DNA from: Candidatus Melainabacteria bacterium RIFCSPHIGHO2_02_FULL_34_12
GTDB taxonomy: Bacteria; Cyanobacteriota; Vampirovibrionia; 2-02-FULL-35-15
Reading direction: 5' to 3'
Assembly (NCBI GenBank): GCA_001784555.1
Contig: MFRM01000003.1
Coordinates: 188,615-252,614, forward strand
DNA length: 64,000 nucleotides
In this document: one piece after another, positions 52,826 through 62,167 of the stretch
Layout: every line of letters begins with the position of its first letter
Numbering within the stretch: position 1 is the stretch's first letter
Program-made: the position numbers and the translations under genes
The notes under the pieces: generated by a model
Told to the model about the DNA's origin: nothing
Seen by the model: only the letters and a program-made list of their open reading frames with translations
Databases searched by the model: none

Positions 52826-54091
52826 TTATGATTTTTGTTTAGCCCAGATTCCTACTGTAAAAATATAAGCATAACAGGCAAATGCAATGAGCATGCCTGC
52901 TTGCCAATTAGGAGATTCTATTGAGCCTGAGATTTCTGCTATTCGTGCAATCAAAGGAGCAATTACAGCCCCTCCTATAATTGCAGTACAGAGTATTCCG
53001 GATACCATGCTGGCATGTTCTTTTTTATACGAATCAATTGCCAGCCCATAAATAGAAGGGAACATAATAGAAATAAAAAAGCCCACAAGCGGAAAAGCCC
53101 ACAATACAATTTTTAAATCTTTTGAAAAAATTGCACATCCAAGGGCAAGAGCCGCAAATGAAATAAATATCTGAATGGCTTTTTTGCTGGAAATTTTATC
53201 CAGAACCAAGCCCCCAATCAGCCTTCCAAGCAAAAGTCCAAACCAATAATTTCCTACAGCAGCGTTTTTTGCTGCTTCTGCTTTATCTCCCATGACAGAG
53301 GATATCTTATGTACATCTTCCAAAAACAATCCTATGTTATTTGCCACGCCAACTTCCACACCTACATAAAGAAAAATAGCAAGAGCATATAAAATCATGA
53401 GAGGATCTTTTAAAAGATAAGCAAAATTGTTTTTTGATTTACTTTCTGATTCAGATTTCTTTTCTTCAGGATACTTTGGAAAAGCCAGCCCAAAAAGCAT
53501 AAAAATTGAAATTATTGTAAATAACCAATAAGTATAATTCCATTCAAGTCCGCGGGATTTTACAAAGGTCACAAGATACGGCGCAAAAGATGATCCTATT
53601 CCGTTAATAACCATAAAAAGGGTTAGATTTCTGGAGTATTTTTCAGGATTACTGATTTCTTTCACTAAGGGATTTGCTGCTACCTGAATAGCTGTAATTC
53701 CAACTCCACAAATAAACATTGCTGACATATTAGCGTAATAACCAGGCACACTGGCAAACATAAAAACTCCGATAGTGGTAATTAATGCCCCGGTAACTAA
53801 AGTAGCTTTTGTACCCATTTTATTTATCAAGGCTCCAAAAGGCACTGATGTTAACCCATAAGCAATAAAAAAAACAGAAGCCAGAAAACTAGACGCTGAG
53901 CCGCTTACCTGATAGGTTTCTTTTATCTTAGGAACAATGGCGCCAGCTACATTTGTAATGGCACCAAAGGCAAAATAAGCAAAGGCTACTGAAAAAAGAA
54001 GGGCAAGAAAGTTATTTTTAGATTTTGTCATAAGTTTCTTAAATATATCATGATGTAATAAAGAGAAAAACTTTTTTGTTATAAGACTCAA
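52826..54091 (-). CDS. MFS transporter (sugar/FucP-like)
   Basis: 421 aa, about 12 TM segments, with a central Lys/Glu-rich loop ('EEKKSESESKSK'). Confidence 0.8.
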   Translation of the reverse strand: MSLITKKFFSLLHHDIFKKLMTKSKNNFLALLFSVAFAYFAFGAITNVAGAIVPKIKETYQVSGSASSFLASVFFIAYGLTSVPFGALINKMGTKATLVTGALITTIGVFMFASVPGYYANMSAMFICGVGITAIQVAANPLVKEISNPEKYSRNLTLFMVINGIGSSFAPYLVTFVKSRGLEWNYTYWLFTIISIFMLFGLAFPKYPEEKKSESESKSKNNFAYLLKDPLMILYALAIFLYVGVEVGVANNIGLFLEDVHKISSVMGDKAEAAKNAAVGNYWFGLLLGRLIGGLVLDKISSKKAIQIFISFAALALGCAIFSKDLKIVLWAFPLVGFFISIMFPSIYGLAIDSYKKEHASMVSGILCTAIIGGAVIAPLIARIAEISGSIESPNWQAGMLIAFACYAYIFTVGIWAKQKS

Positions 54092-54233
54092 ACTTAAAAA
54101 AAAATTATCCGGGCAAAAAGTAAGACATCTAAAGTATTAAATTATTGGTAATTTAGTAATAGTGTAGTCCAAATGGTTTCAATGATAGTTATGTAAGTAC
54201 AGTCAAAAAGTAAGTTAGAATATTACTAATTCT

Positions 54234-55415
54234 ATGGTTAGGAAATTAGGTTTACGAGAAACAGCTGTTACTACTTCTATGCAAACTGGATTTAGTAGGA
54301 TAGCAGCTTTATCTCATGAGGTTCATAGAAATGATGGAGTAAAACCTGATCATCTGCATGGATTAAGTACAACTGAAAATCATAGACTTAAAGAAATATA
54401 TAAAGAGGAAGAATTAAATGGCGGTTTACCGAGTGAAATTAGACTTAGGACTTTGGAAAGACTTTTAGATGAACTGGTTGGTCAAGAAAGCTATAAACAT
54501 ATCAAGTTAATTGAAACTGAAATTAGAAGCCTTAGAGAAGATTTAGCTTCTAGAAATGGTCATCGAACAAACGGAGAACAGCTACATACTGAATTAAAGC
54601 CTAGTGCAGCAACAGTCATTGGTAAGGCATTTACTTGTTTTAAATTTTTAGCATCATCAGATTCTGAAGAAGTAATTCAGTTAATTCAAGACTTAAACCA
54701 GTTTCCAAATGAACTGGGTGCCAGAGATGCACTATGGAAATTAACTTATAGTGGAATTGATAAAAATATTCTTTGTGCGGATAATAAAGCAGCTGTTAAA
54801 GCAGTTGACAGAGCACTGGACATACTCGGGGCTAGATATTCATATAACGGTGAACACTTTTCTGATATTACAGGAAGAGCAATTGCTGCATATAAAATTG
54901 CAGTTATGTGTTTAGAAAAAAGTTTTATGTTTGATGATGTTTACAGATTTGATACTTTAGCTTTTGATTTGTCAGTATATGACGGGCAAATGGGAAACTC
55001 TGTTTTGCTTTTATCTCTAGCTAACAAGTCATCACCCAGATATGAAATTAGAACCAGTACAGTTGGTTCTTTTATATCTAGAATAGAAAGACAGAATATA
55101 CTTTTAGGAAATGATGAAGTAGCAACAGCTTTTTTTGACATTGTTTCTTCAAAGGTTATAAATCATGATTCTACAGCAGACAGGCTTGCAGAGAAGAATT
55201 TAATAAAGGCTATAAATGTTTTTTCTGATCAAAGATACCATACTTTTGCACTTAAACTTTTATTTAAAGGAATGGCTTGTGGTTATAAATTGCCACCTCC
55301 TTTAATGCAAAAAGTCTATGACAATGCTTTGGACAGATTAATGGCAGCAACGGTACATGAAAAAAGTCCTGAAGAATTTCTTAGGCTCTTAGATCAACTT
55401 CAGGAATTACTTTAG
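54234..55415 (+). CDS. Hypothetical protein
   Basis: 393-aa ORF. No family recognised. Confidence 0.5.
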   Translation: MVRKLGLRETAVTTSMQTGFSRIAALSHEVHRNDGVKPDHLHGLSTTENHRLKEIYKEEELNGGLPSEIRLRTLERLLDELVGQESYKHIKLIETEIRSLREDLASRNGHRTNGEQLHTELKPSAATVIGKAFTCFKFLASSDSEEVIQLIQDLNQFPNELGARDALWKLTYSGIDKNILCADNKAAVKAVDRALDILGARYSYNGEHFSDITGRAIAAYKIAVMCLEKSFMFDDVYRFDTLAFDLSVYDGQMGNSVLLLSLANKSSPRYEIRTSTVGSFISRIERQNILLGNDEVATAFFDIVSSKVINHDSTADRLAEKNLIKAINVFSDQRYHTFALKLLFKGMACGYKLPPPLMQKVYDNALDRLMAATVHEKSPEEFLRLLDQLQELL

Positions 55416-55447
55416 TAACCCTGTCCTTTTGATTGACTATTTAATTA

Positions 55448-56923
55448 TTAAATTAGCTTCAAATCCACTTCAGGAATGACTTTGGTAACCCTATCTTCAC
55501 ATGCTGCATCTGCTACTGCACTGGCTACAGCTGAGGCTACTTTTTTATTAAAGATATTTGGAATGATACAGCTTTCGTTCAGTTCATAATCCTGGACGAT
55601 GGAAGCTATTGCTTTATCTTCTTCAAACTTCATTTTTTCTGTAACCGTGGTGGCATGACTGTCTAATAATCCCCTGAAAAATCCAGGGAAACAAAGCACA
55701 TTATTTATCTGATTTGGATAATCAGATCTTCCTGTAGCCATAATTCTTACATAAGGTTTTGCAAGCTCTGGTTTAATTTCAGGGTCAGGGTTTGAAAGAG
55801 CAAAAACAATAGAGTCTTTTGCCATTAATTTAATATCATCCACTGACACCAGATTCGGTCCTGAAACACCTATAAAGACATCTGCACCTTTAATTACATC
55901 AGAAATGCCGCCTTTTTGTTTAGTGGGGTTTGTAAGCTGGGCAAGCTCTTCTTTTGCACTGTTCATTTCTTTTCTGCCCATGTAAATTGCACCATTTCTG
56001 TCAGTGACAATAATATTTCTTACGCCGGCAAATAATAACATCTTCGCACATGAGACACCAGCAGCTCCTGCACCGGTAATAACCACTTCAAGATCTTCAA
56101 GTTTTTTATTTACAACCTTTACTGCGTTTAAAAGTGCTGCTGTTACTACTACTGCAGTTCCGTGCTGATCATCATGAAATATAGGAATATCCAGCTCATT
56201 TTGAAGCCTTCGTTCTATTTCAAAACATTTTGGTGCTGCAATATCTTCTAGATTTATTCCGCCAAAACCAGGAGCTATGGCTTTTACTACCTGCACAATT
56301 TCATCGGGAGTTTTTGCATCCAGACAAATCGGATATGCATCCACATCAGCCAGCATTTTAAAGAGCATTGCTTTACCTTCCATAACTGGCATTGCTGCAT
56401 AAGGTCCGATGTTTCCCAGACCAAGAACTGCTGTGCCATCTGTTATTACTGCAACTGAGTTCTTTTTAATGGTCAGATTATAAGCAAGTTTTGGATCCTG
56501 ATGAATGGTTCTGCAGACTTCTGCAACTCCAGGTGTATAAACCACTGAAAGATCTCTGTAATTATTTACTTCTTTTTTAAGCTGGATGCCGATTTTCCCG
56601 CCAATATGGGTATTATAAACTTCATTTTGAGCATCGATAACAGCAGTTCCAGGAAGATCATGAAGTTTTGAAATTATTTCTCTGGCTTGAATGGTGTTAC
56701 TGGAAAAATATACATCCCGTGTGACAAAGTTTTGATTACTTTCAACTACTTTTATATCGCCAAGATGTCCGCCATTTGAATTAATAATTGCTGCAATTTC
56801 AGAAAGTGAGCCGCTTGGAGAATTTAATCTTATACTGTAAAGCTGTGGATTAAATGATGTTAAACCTTCTTCAATAATGTTTTCTTTTAAGATGTTTTCT
56901 TGCGATTTTTGTTTTATTACCAT
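55448..56923 (-). CDS. NAD(P)-dependent malic enzyme with N-terminal ACT-like domain
   Basis: 491 aa. 'DLSVVYTPGVAEVC', 'AVITDGTAVLGLGNIGPYAAMPVMEGKAMLFK', 'INLEDIAAPKCFEIE', 'ITGAGAAG'. Confidence 0.9.
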   Translation of the reverse strand: MVIKQKSQENILKENIIEEGLTSFNPQLYSIRLNSPSGSLSEIAAIINSNGGHLGDIKVVESNQNFVTRDVYFSSNTIQAREIISKLHDLPGTAVIDAQNEVYNTHIGGKIGIQLKKEVNNYRDLSVVYTPGVAEVCRTIHQDPKLAYNLTIKKNSVAVITDGTAVLGLGNIGPYAAMPVMEGKAMLFKMLADVDAYPICLDAKTPDEIVQVVKAIAPGFGGINLEDIAAPKCFEIERRLQNELDIPIFHDDQHGTAVVVTAALLNAVKVVNKKLEDLEVVITGAGAAGVSCAKMLLFAGVRNIIVTDRNGAIYMGRKEMNSAKEELAQLTNPTKQKGGISDVIKGADVFIGVSGPNLVSVDDIKLMAKDSIVFALSNPDPEIKPELAKPYVRIMATGRSDYPNQINNVLCFPGFFRGLLDSHATTVTEKMKFEEDKAIASIVQDYELNESCIIPNIFNKKVASAVASAVADAACEDRVTKVIPEVDLKLI

Positions 56924-57070
56924 TTGAATTTCCTTTTTCTTATGCTTGGTTAAAACTATTGTTTATTTTAATAGAAACAAAGCTCAAATCTTCGGGTAAA
57001 ACAAACATTTAATTATTAATTAATAATATGTAGTGGCGCGATTAATTACACCTCTACATGAATATATATC

Positions 57071-57179
57071 AGGACTTACGCAAAAATGAACTGCGGTATG
57101 GTGCCCTGAGCGACGTGTGCCCTTTAGGGCGGGAAAGGAGCGAATGGGTACCATACCCAGTGAACTTTGCGTAAGTCCT
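57071..57179 (-). mobile_element. 109-bp MITE, copy 3 (inverted)
   Basis: Reverse complement is identical to copies 1 and 2. Flanked at a 1-nt offset by TATAT / TATAT. Confidence 0.85.
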
Positions 57180-57220
57180 TTATATAAAACATTTCTAAAA
57201 TCTCAAAATCATTTGAAAAA

Positions 57221-58291
57221 ATGTTAAGATGCATGTTTATGAAGAAAATATTAGTCTTTCAAGCCGCATTACTTATAACACTTTTTATAAGCAGCTTATT
57301 AGCTTCTAAAGCCGAAGATTTTAATCCAAAACCAGCCAGTGCCAGTGTATATAATCTGGGTTTAAAAAGTTATGAGCAGGGAGATTTAAATTCTGCAACT
57401 TCTTTTTTTACAAAAGCAATTGAACTGGATCCTAATTTCGTAGATGCTTATTTTAATCTGGGCGCCATATACAAAAAACAAAAAAACTATGCACTTGCAA
57501 CTAATGCATTTAAAAAAGCAACTGAAATAAATTCTGGAGATTACGAAGCTGTTTTTGAATTAGCCTCGTGTTATTTAGAAAATAAAGAATATAATAATGC
57601 AAAAAAATACTTTTCAATAATTCCATCAAGCTTTTCAAAGTCTAATGAAGTAAAACAAAATCTTGAAAAAGCAGACAGATATTTAGCCATTGAAAACAGT
57701 ACAAACAGTCAAAAAAATGAAATCGTCAAATCACCTGAAGTACAGGGGCAACTTCTTGTGGATAAGCTTGAAAAACAAATGGAACAAACTGATATAAAAC
57801 CCCAGGTACCTTCTCAGAATCCCTCACTAAATAATAATCCTCAGGCTCTTGTGAACACACTTACAAAGCCAAAACCAGAAACCATAAATGAGCCAATTAG
57901 AGTAGTCACAAATAATTTCAGCGGTCCTACTGGCATTGCTAAAGACAGCCAGAACAATATTTTTGTAGCTAATTTTCAGAAAGACAACATTGAAAAAATA
58001 ATGCCCGACGGAAAAAAAGAAGTATACATAGAAAAAACAGGGATAAAAGGACCTGTAGGTCTTGCAATTGACAAAAATGATAATCTCTACGTCGCTAACT
58101 ATAACGGCAATTCCATAGTTAAAATCACTCCAAATAAAGAAATCTCAGTACTTGTAAATAACATTGTCAGACCTTATTATCTTTTTTACGATCAAGCCTC
58201 AAACAAACTTTTTTCAACTGTACAGGGAAGAGATGCACTGGTTGAAATTGACACTGAAAATGTATCAGGTAATCCGCTCACATTAAGATAA
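57221..58291 (+). CDS. Secreted TPR + NHL/beta-propeller-repeat protein
   Basis: 356 aa (alternative start ATG 57239). TPR: 'AIELDPNFVDAYFNLGAIYKKQKNY'. NHL-like: 'GPTGIAKDSQNNIFVANF' and 'GPVGLAIDKNDNLYVANY'. Confidence 0.75.
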   Translation: MLRCMFMKKILVFQAALLITLFISSLLASKAEDFNPKPASASVYNLGLKSYEQGDLNSATSFFTKAIELDPNFVDAYFNLGAIYKKQKNYALATNAFKKATEINSGDYEAVFELASCYLENKEYNNAKKYFSIIPSSFSKSNEVKQNLEKADRYLAIENSTNSQKNEIVKSPEVQGQLLVDKLEKQMEQTDIKPQVPSQNPSLNNNPQALVNTLTKPKPETINEPIRVVTNNFSGPTGIAKDSQNNIFVANFQKDNIEKIMPDGKKEVYIEKTGIKGPVGLAIDKNDNLYVANYNGNSIVKITPNKEISVLVNNIVRPYYLFYDQASNKLFSTVQGRDALVEIDTENVSGNPLTLR

Positions 58292-59611
58292 ATGAAACAA
58301 TTTACTGTATCCCCGATAAAAAGTGCCCTTAAAGCAACTATTTCAGTTCCTCCTGACAAATCAATATCACATAGATCCATAATTATCAGTTCAATTGCAA
58401 ACGGAAGAACTGAAATTAAAAATTTTCTCCCAGCCAGTGACTGCTTAAACACATTAAAAATAATGCAGCAGCTAGGGGTAGAAATAAGCTGTTGTAATAA
58501 CTATGAGTCTGTAACTGTCTATGGCAAAGGGTTTCATTCATTCAGTGAGCCTAAAAATATTTTAAATTGTGGCAATTCAGGCACCACTATGAGACTAATG
58601 AGTGGGCTTCTCAGCGCACACAGCTTTCTTTCTATTCTTACCGGCGATGATTCACTTTTAAGCCGCCCGATGGGAAGAGTAATTGAACCTTTAACACTTA
58701 TGGGTGCAAAGATTTCCGGCAGAGAACATAACACTAAAGCCCCTATTGTAATTACTGCAGGTGTATTGCATGGGATAAATTATGAAATGCCCATAAGCAG
58801 TGCCCAGGTAAAGTCAGCTATTATGCTGGCAGCACTTTATGCCAAAGGTGAAACTAAAATTATTGAAAAAGAAAAATCACGGGACCATACAGAGCGCATG
58901 CTGAGTGCATTTGGAGCCACTATACAATACGATAAAAATGAGATAATAATCGGTTCAGAACAAAGACTTGAAGCACAGAACTTATTTATTCCCGGAGATA
59001 TTTCATCAGCAGCATTTTTTATGGCAGCCACCAGTATAATTCCCGGCTCTGAAATGGTTCTCCAGAAAGTTCTGGTTAATCCAACAAGATCAGGAATAAT
59101 TAATGTCTTAAAAAAAATGGGGGCTAAAGTAGAAGTTACAAATAAAAAAGATATTTCAGGTGAGCCAGTTGCTGATATTTGTATAACTGCAAATGAATTA
59201 AATGCAATTGAAGTAAAGGGTAGTACCATTCCACTATTAATAGATGAGATTCCCATACTGTGCATCATAATGGCTCAGGCAAAAGGAAAATCTCTTATTA
59301 AAGATGCTAAAGAATTACGTTTTAAGGAATCTGATCGTTTAAAGACCATGGCATGTGTGCTTAGAAAGCTTTCAGTAGAAGTAAATGAGCTGGAAGACGG
59401 GCTTGAAATTAACGGACTAAATGGTGAGCCATTTAAGATAAATTATTCTATAGAATGGCCTTCTCATTTTGACCATAGAATAGCAATGTCAGTAGCCATA
59501 GCTGCTCTGAAAGCTAACGAACCCCTAAATATTCCTGGTGCTGAGTGGATTAGTACTTCATTTCCAGACTTTGAAAAAATTATTAATAAGCTTCAGATGG
59601 CAGCTGTGTAG
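58292..59611 (+). CDS. aroA: 3-phosphoshikimate 1-carboxyvinyltransferase (EPSP synthase)
   Basis: 439 aa. 'PPDKSISHRSIIISSIA', 'LNCGNSGTTMRLMSGLL', 'LRFKESDRL', 'DHRIAMS'. The start abuts the upstream stop. Confidence 0.93.
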   Translation: MKQFTVSPIKSALKATISVPPDKSISHRSIIISSIANGRTEIKNFLPASDCLNTLKIMQQLGVEISCCNNYESVTVYGKGFHSFSEPKNILNCGNSGTTMRLMSGLLSAHSFLSILTGDDSLLSRPMGRVIEPLTLMGAKISGREHNTKAPIVITAGVLHGINYEMPISSAQVKSAIMLAALYAKGETKIIEKEKSRDHTERMLSAFGATIQYDKNEIIIGSEQRLEAQNLFIPGDISSAAFFMAATSIIPGSEMVLQKVLVNPTRSGIINVLKKMGAKVEVTNKKDISGEPVADICITANELNAIEVKGSTIPLLIDEIPILCIIMAQAKGKSLIKDAKELRFKESDRLKTMACVLRKLSVEVNELEDGLEINGLNGEPFKINYSIEWPSHFDHRIAMSVAIAALKANEPLNIPGAEWISTSFPDFEKIINKLQMAAV

Positions 59612-59620
59612 AAGTATCAA

Positions 59621-59750
59621 AATTGTCATTGCGAGCCGAATGAAGTGAGGCGTGGCAATCTCACACTGCAATTACGTTTCATGAGATTCATTATTACTGT
59701 TATTTGCATTGTAAGATTGCTTCAGGTCTTGCAGACCTTCGCAATGACAA
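59621..59750. mobile_element. 130-bp MITE of the 'GTCATTGCGAG...TCGCAATGAC' type
   Basis: TIR ATTGTCATTGCGAG (59621..59634) and TTCGCAATGACAAT (59737..59750). Subterminal AGATTGC motifs on both arms. Confidence 0.7.
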
Positions 59751-59803
59751 TGTCTGTCAGATCAAGTAGTGGTTTTTATATTTAAAATCTGGTTTTACAA
59801 AAT

Positions 59804-60988
59804 TTATGCTGGTTTATCTGATGGTGGTTCACCGCCATCTTGTATTAAAGAAATTACTGAAGCTGACCCAGTTGGTGGATCAGAATCAGTTACGCCATTA
59901 TCTGTGTTCGTAACTTCATCATCTTCAACACCAATATCATTTACGTCAACAGAAGTTGTTGCAGGAAATGGAATTGTATCTGAAGCTACATCAGATGCTG
60001 CATCTGGGCTTGTGTCATCGCCTGGTGCTGTAACAGTACCATCAGCCTGAGTAGCATTAGCATTGTCAGTGGTTCCTGCTGTAGGAGGCTCATCTGCTGA
60101 AACAGTTGCTGGTGCATCTTTTACATCATGGTCTCCATCAATAATAGTTAGAGGTGCACTAACAATAATGTCTGTTGCATCATCCATAGCAGAATTTGCT
60201 GCTGGTTCTGCTGTTCCATCACCTTCTATTTTTTTAATTGCAGCTTCAGCAGCAGCCCTATCCAGTGCATTAGAAGAATCGCTAGTTAACACCTTTTTTA
60301 AATCAGGCAGTGCATCTTTTGCATCTGGTCCTATATTTCCAAGCGCTACTGCAGCATGTTCACACAAGTGACGGTCAGATAAAACTCCACATAATTGAGG
60401 AATTACATCTTTTGCTGCTGGTCCCAATTTTGCCAGTCCTTTTACAGCTGCTATTCTTACGAAAACCGCCTGATCGAATAAAGCCCCTCTTAGCAGTGGA
60501 ACTGTTTGGCTTGCTTCAAATCTTCCGCTTGTAATTTGGTCTACTGCTTCTGCACGAACATGACGATCACTATCAGCTAAAGCCTGTCTTAATTCATCTA
60601 TTGAGGCTTTACTTAAATCTGGCGTATTAGCTCGAGGATTTTGAGTCGGTGGATCTTGTGGTTTTGCACCAGAATTTTCAGTAGCACTTGCAGCAGGAGG
60701 CAGATCAGCTAAACCAAAACCTTTAGCAAGGTTCCATATAAAACCACCTATTCCAGCCAGTCCTAAAACCACGCCGAAAAATAATGCTCCGCTTGCTTTT
60801 TTAACCTTTGCAATTAAACCAGCAATTATTCCTATACCTAAAAGTCCAGTTGCAGCATAAAAAAGTGGTGTTCTATTATTAAAAGCTGTTGGTGTAATGT
60901 TTTGTTGCCTAACATCTTCAGGTGAATTACAACTCCAAGTTGAAATCGGCCTAAGAAAAGCATTTGGTAAAACTTTTGGTACTGACAT
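59804..60988 (-). CDS. Membrane-anchored HEAT-repeat protein with acidic Thr/Asp-rich C-terminus
   Basis: 394 aa. Gly-zipper TM hairpin 'LLGIGIIAGLIAKVKKASGALFFGVVLGLAGIGGFIW'. HEAT/PBS-lyase-like 'DRHVRAEAVDQI', 'VFVRIAAVKGLAKLGPAAKDVIPQL', 'CEHAAVALGNIGPDAKDALPDL'. Confidence 0.7.
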   Translation of the reverse strand: MSVPKVLPNAFLRPISTWSCNSPEDVRQQNITPTAFNNRTPLFYAATGLLGIGIIAGLIAKVKKASGALFFGVVLGLAGIGGFIWNLAKGFGLADLPPAASATENSGAKPQDPPTQNPRANTPDLSKASIDELRQALADSDRHVRAEAVDQITSGRFEASQTVPLLRGALFDQAVFVRIAAVKGLAKLGPAAKDVIPQLCGVLSDRHLCEHAAVALGNIGPDAKDALPDLKKVLTSDSSNALDRAAAEAAIKKIEGDGTAEPAANSAMDDATDIIVSAPLTIIDGDHDVKDAPATVSADEPPTAGTTDNANATQADGTVTAPGDDTSPDAASDVASDTIPFPATTSVDVNDIGVEDDEVTNTDNGVTDSDPPTGSASVISLIQDGGEPPSDKPA

Positions 60989-61132
60989 TTATAAAATCCT
61001 TTAATAAGAAACTAATTTATATTTATATACATTCCAATAATAAACAATTTAGGTTAAGAGGGAAAGGTTTAAAAAGAAAATAATTGTTAATTTTTTTTTG
61101 TATAAAAAATTTATCTTTAATGGTTAAGAAGA

Positions 61133-61411
61133 CTATGCAGCAACGGCTTGTGAATCCGGGCTAACTTCTCTGCCTAAACCAAGTCTGCTTTGAGAAGCTA
61201 ATGAAGCAGGTGATTCAAGACTCTTAAAATTACCTGTTCCTGCAAGCGCGAGTAAGCCAGCTCCGATAGTAGCAAAACCAGCACCAAAAAGTTTTAATCC
61301 AGGATGAGGTGCAGTACTCATAGTGGCCATTCCAGCACCAGTAAAAAGAACACCCATTCCACCTAAAACAGCTCTGGCTAAATTTTCCTGGCCGACTCTT
61401 CCTATCTTCAC
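61133..61411 (-). CDS. Small Gly-rich membrane protein
   Basis: 92 aa. 'GGMGVLFTGAGMA...LFGAGFATIGAGLLALAG'. Confidence 0.4.
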   Translation of the reverse strand: MKIGRVGQENLARAVLGGMGVLFTGAGMATMSTAPHPGLKLFGAGFATIGAGLLALAGTGNFKSLESPASLASQSRLGLGREVSPDSQAVAA

Positions 61412-61591
61412 TTTAAAAACTCCTGCTTTTTTTATTAAATTATATAGGGAAATTGTACCATGTTGTGAACTTGATTTAAAGAAAGCTGATTAACAAAAAA
61501 TTGTCAAATTTAATAAAACAAAATCACTTAATCTAATTACAAAGGAGATTAAAAATGTCGGAATTCAGGATTTTCTTATCAAATTGGCATT

Positions 61592-62110
61592 TTAATGCAT
61601 TAATGCATTGTTGATTATATATTTTCGTTTGATATTTAATTCATTTTCATTGCGAATGATGCGTTCATAAAATCGGGATTGCCATGCGAAATGGGTGAAA
61701 CCGTTTTCACGACATTGGCGCGTTACCGCAGATTTAAAATGATTAACAATCATTGATAATGATTGTGATATTGGTTTTGAAAATCGATTGTGTTTTGCCC
61801 GTAGAGACATGCCGCGGCATGTCTCTACAAGGTTACGATCAATAAAAATAATCCCATGAAAATGGTCCGGCATTATTATCCATTCGTCTAATTTGACATA
61901 TTTTCGAATTTGTTCTGTTTTAATCCATTCGTTTGCAACAATTCCCCCAATTCCCGATAAATGTATTTTTCCATTAACAATTTTGCAAAAAAAATGTTCA
62001 CGATTTTTTGTACAAATGGTTATAAAATAGGCCCCATTTGTTCTGTAATCCCAATGTTTTAAACGAATTGATGGGATTCTATATTTGTCATTAAATAAAT
62101 TATCCGACAT
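61592..62110 (-). CDS. REP-associated tyrosine transposase (RAYT) / IS200-like Y1 transposase
   Basis: 172 aa. 'GAYFITICT', HUH motif 'MPDHFHGIIFI', and C-terminal 'WQSRFYERIIRNE...YIINNA' carrying the catalytic Tyr region. Confidence 0.85.
   Translation of the reverse strand: MSDNLFNDKYRIPSIRLKHWDYRTNGAYFITICTKNREHFFCKIVNGKIHLSGIGGIVANEWIKTEQIRKYVKLDEWIIMPDHFHGIIFIDRNLVETCRGMSLRAKHNRFSKPISQSLSMIVNHFKSAVTRQCRENGFTHFAWQSRFYERIIRNENELNIKRKYIINNALMH
61801..61828. repeat. Perfect 28-nt GTAG palindrome inside the RAYT gene (GTAGAGACATGCCG|CGGCATGTCTCTAC)
   Basis: Encodes 'VETCRGMSL' on the minus strand. Confidence 0.9.
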
Positions 62111-62144
62111 GAATATTATTATTCATTATAAAAATTAAGAGACC

Positions 62145-62163
62145 ATGTAACCGTGGGTTACAT
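62145..62163 (-). terminator. Hairpin ATGTAACC-GTG-GGTTACAT downstream of the 62168..62932 gene
   Basis: 8-bp perfect stem. On the minus strand it is followed by GGTCTCTTAATTTTTATAATG. Confidence 0.45.
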
Positions 62164-62167
62164 TTAA

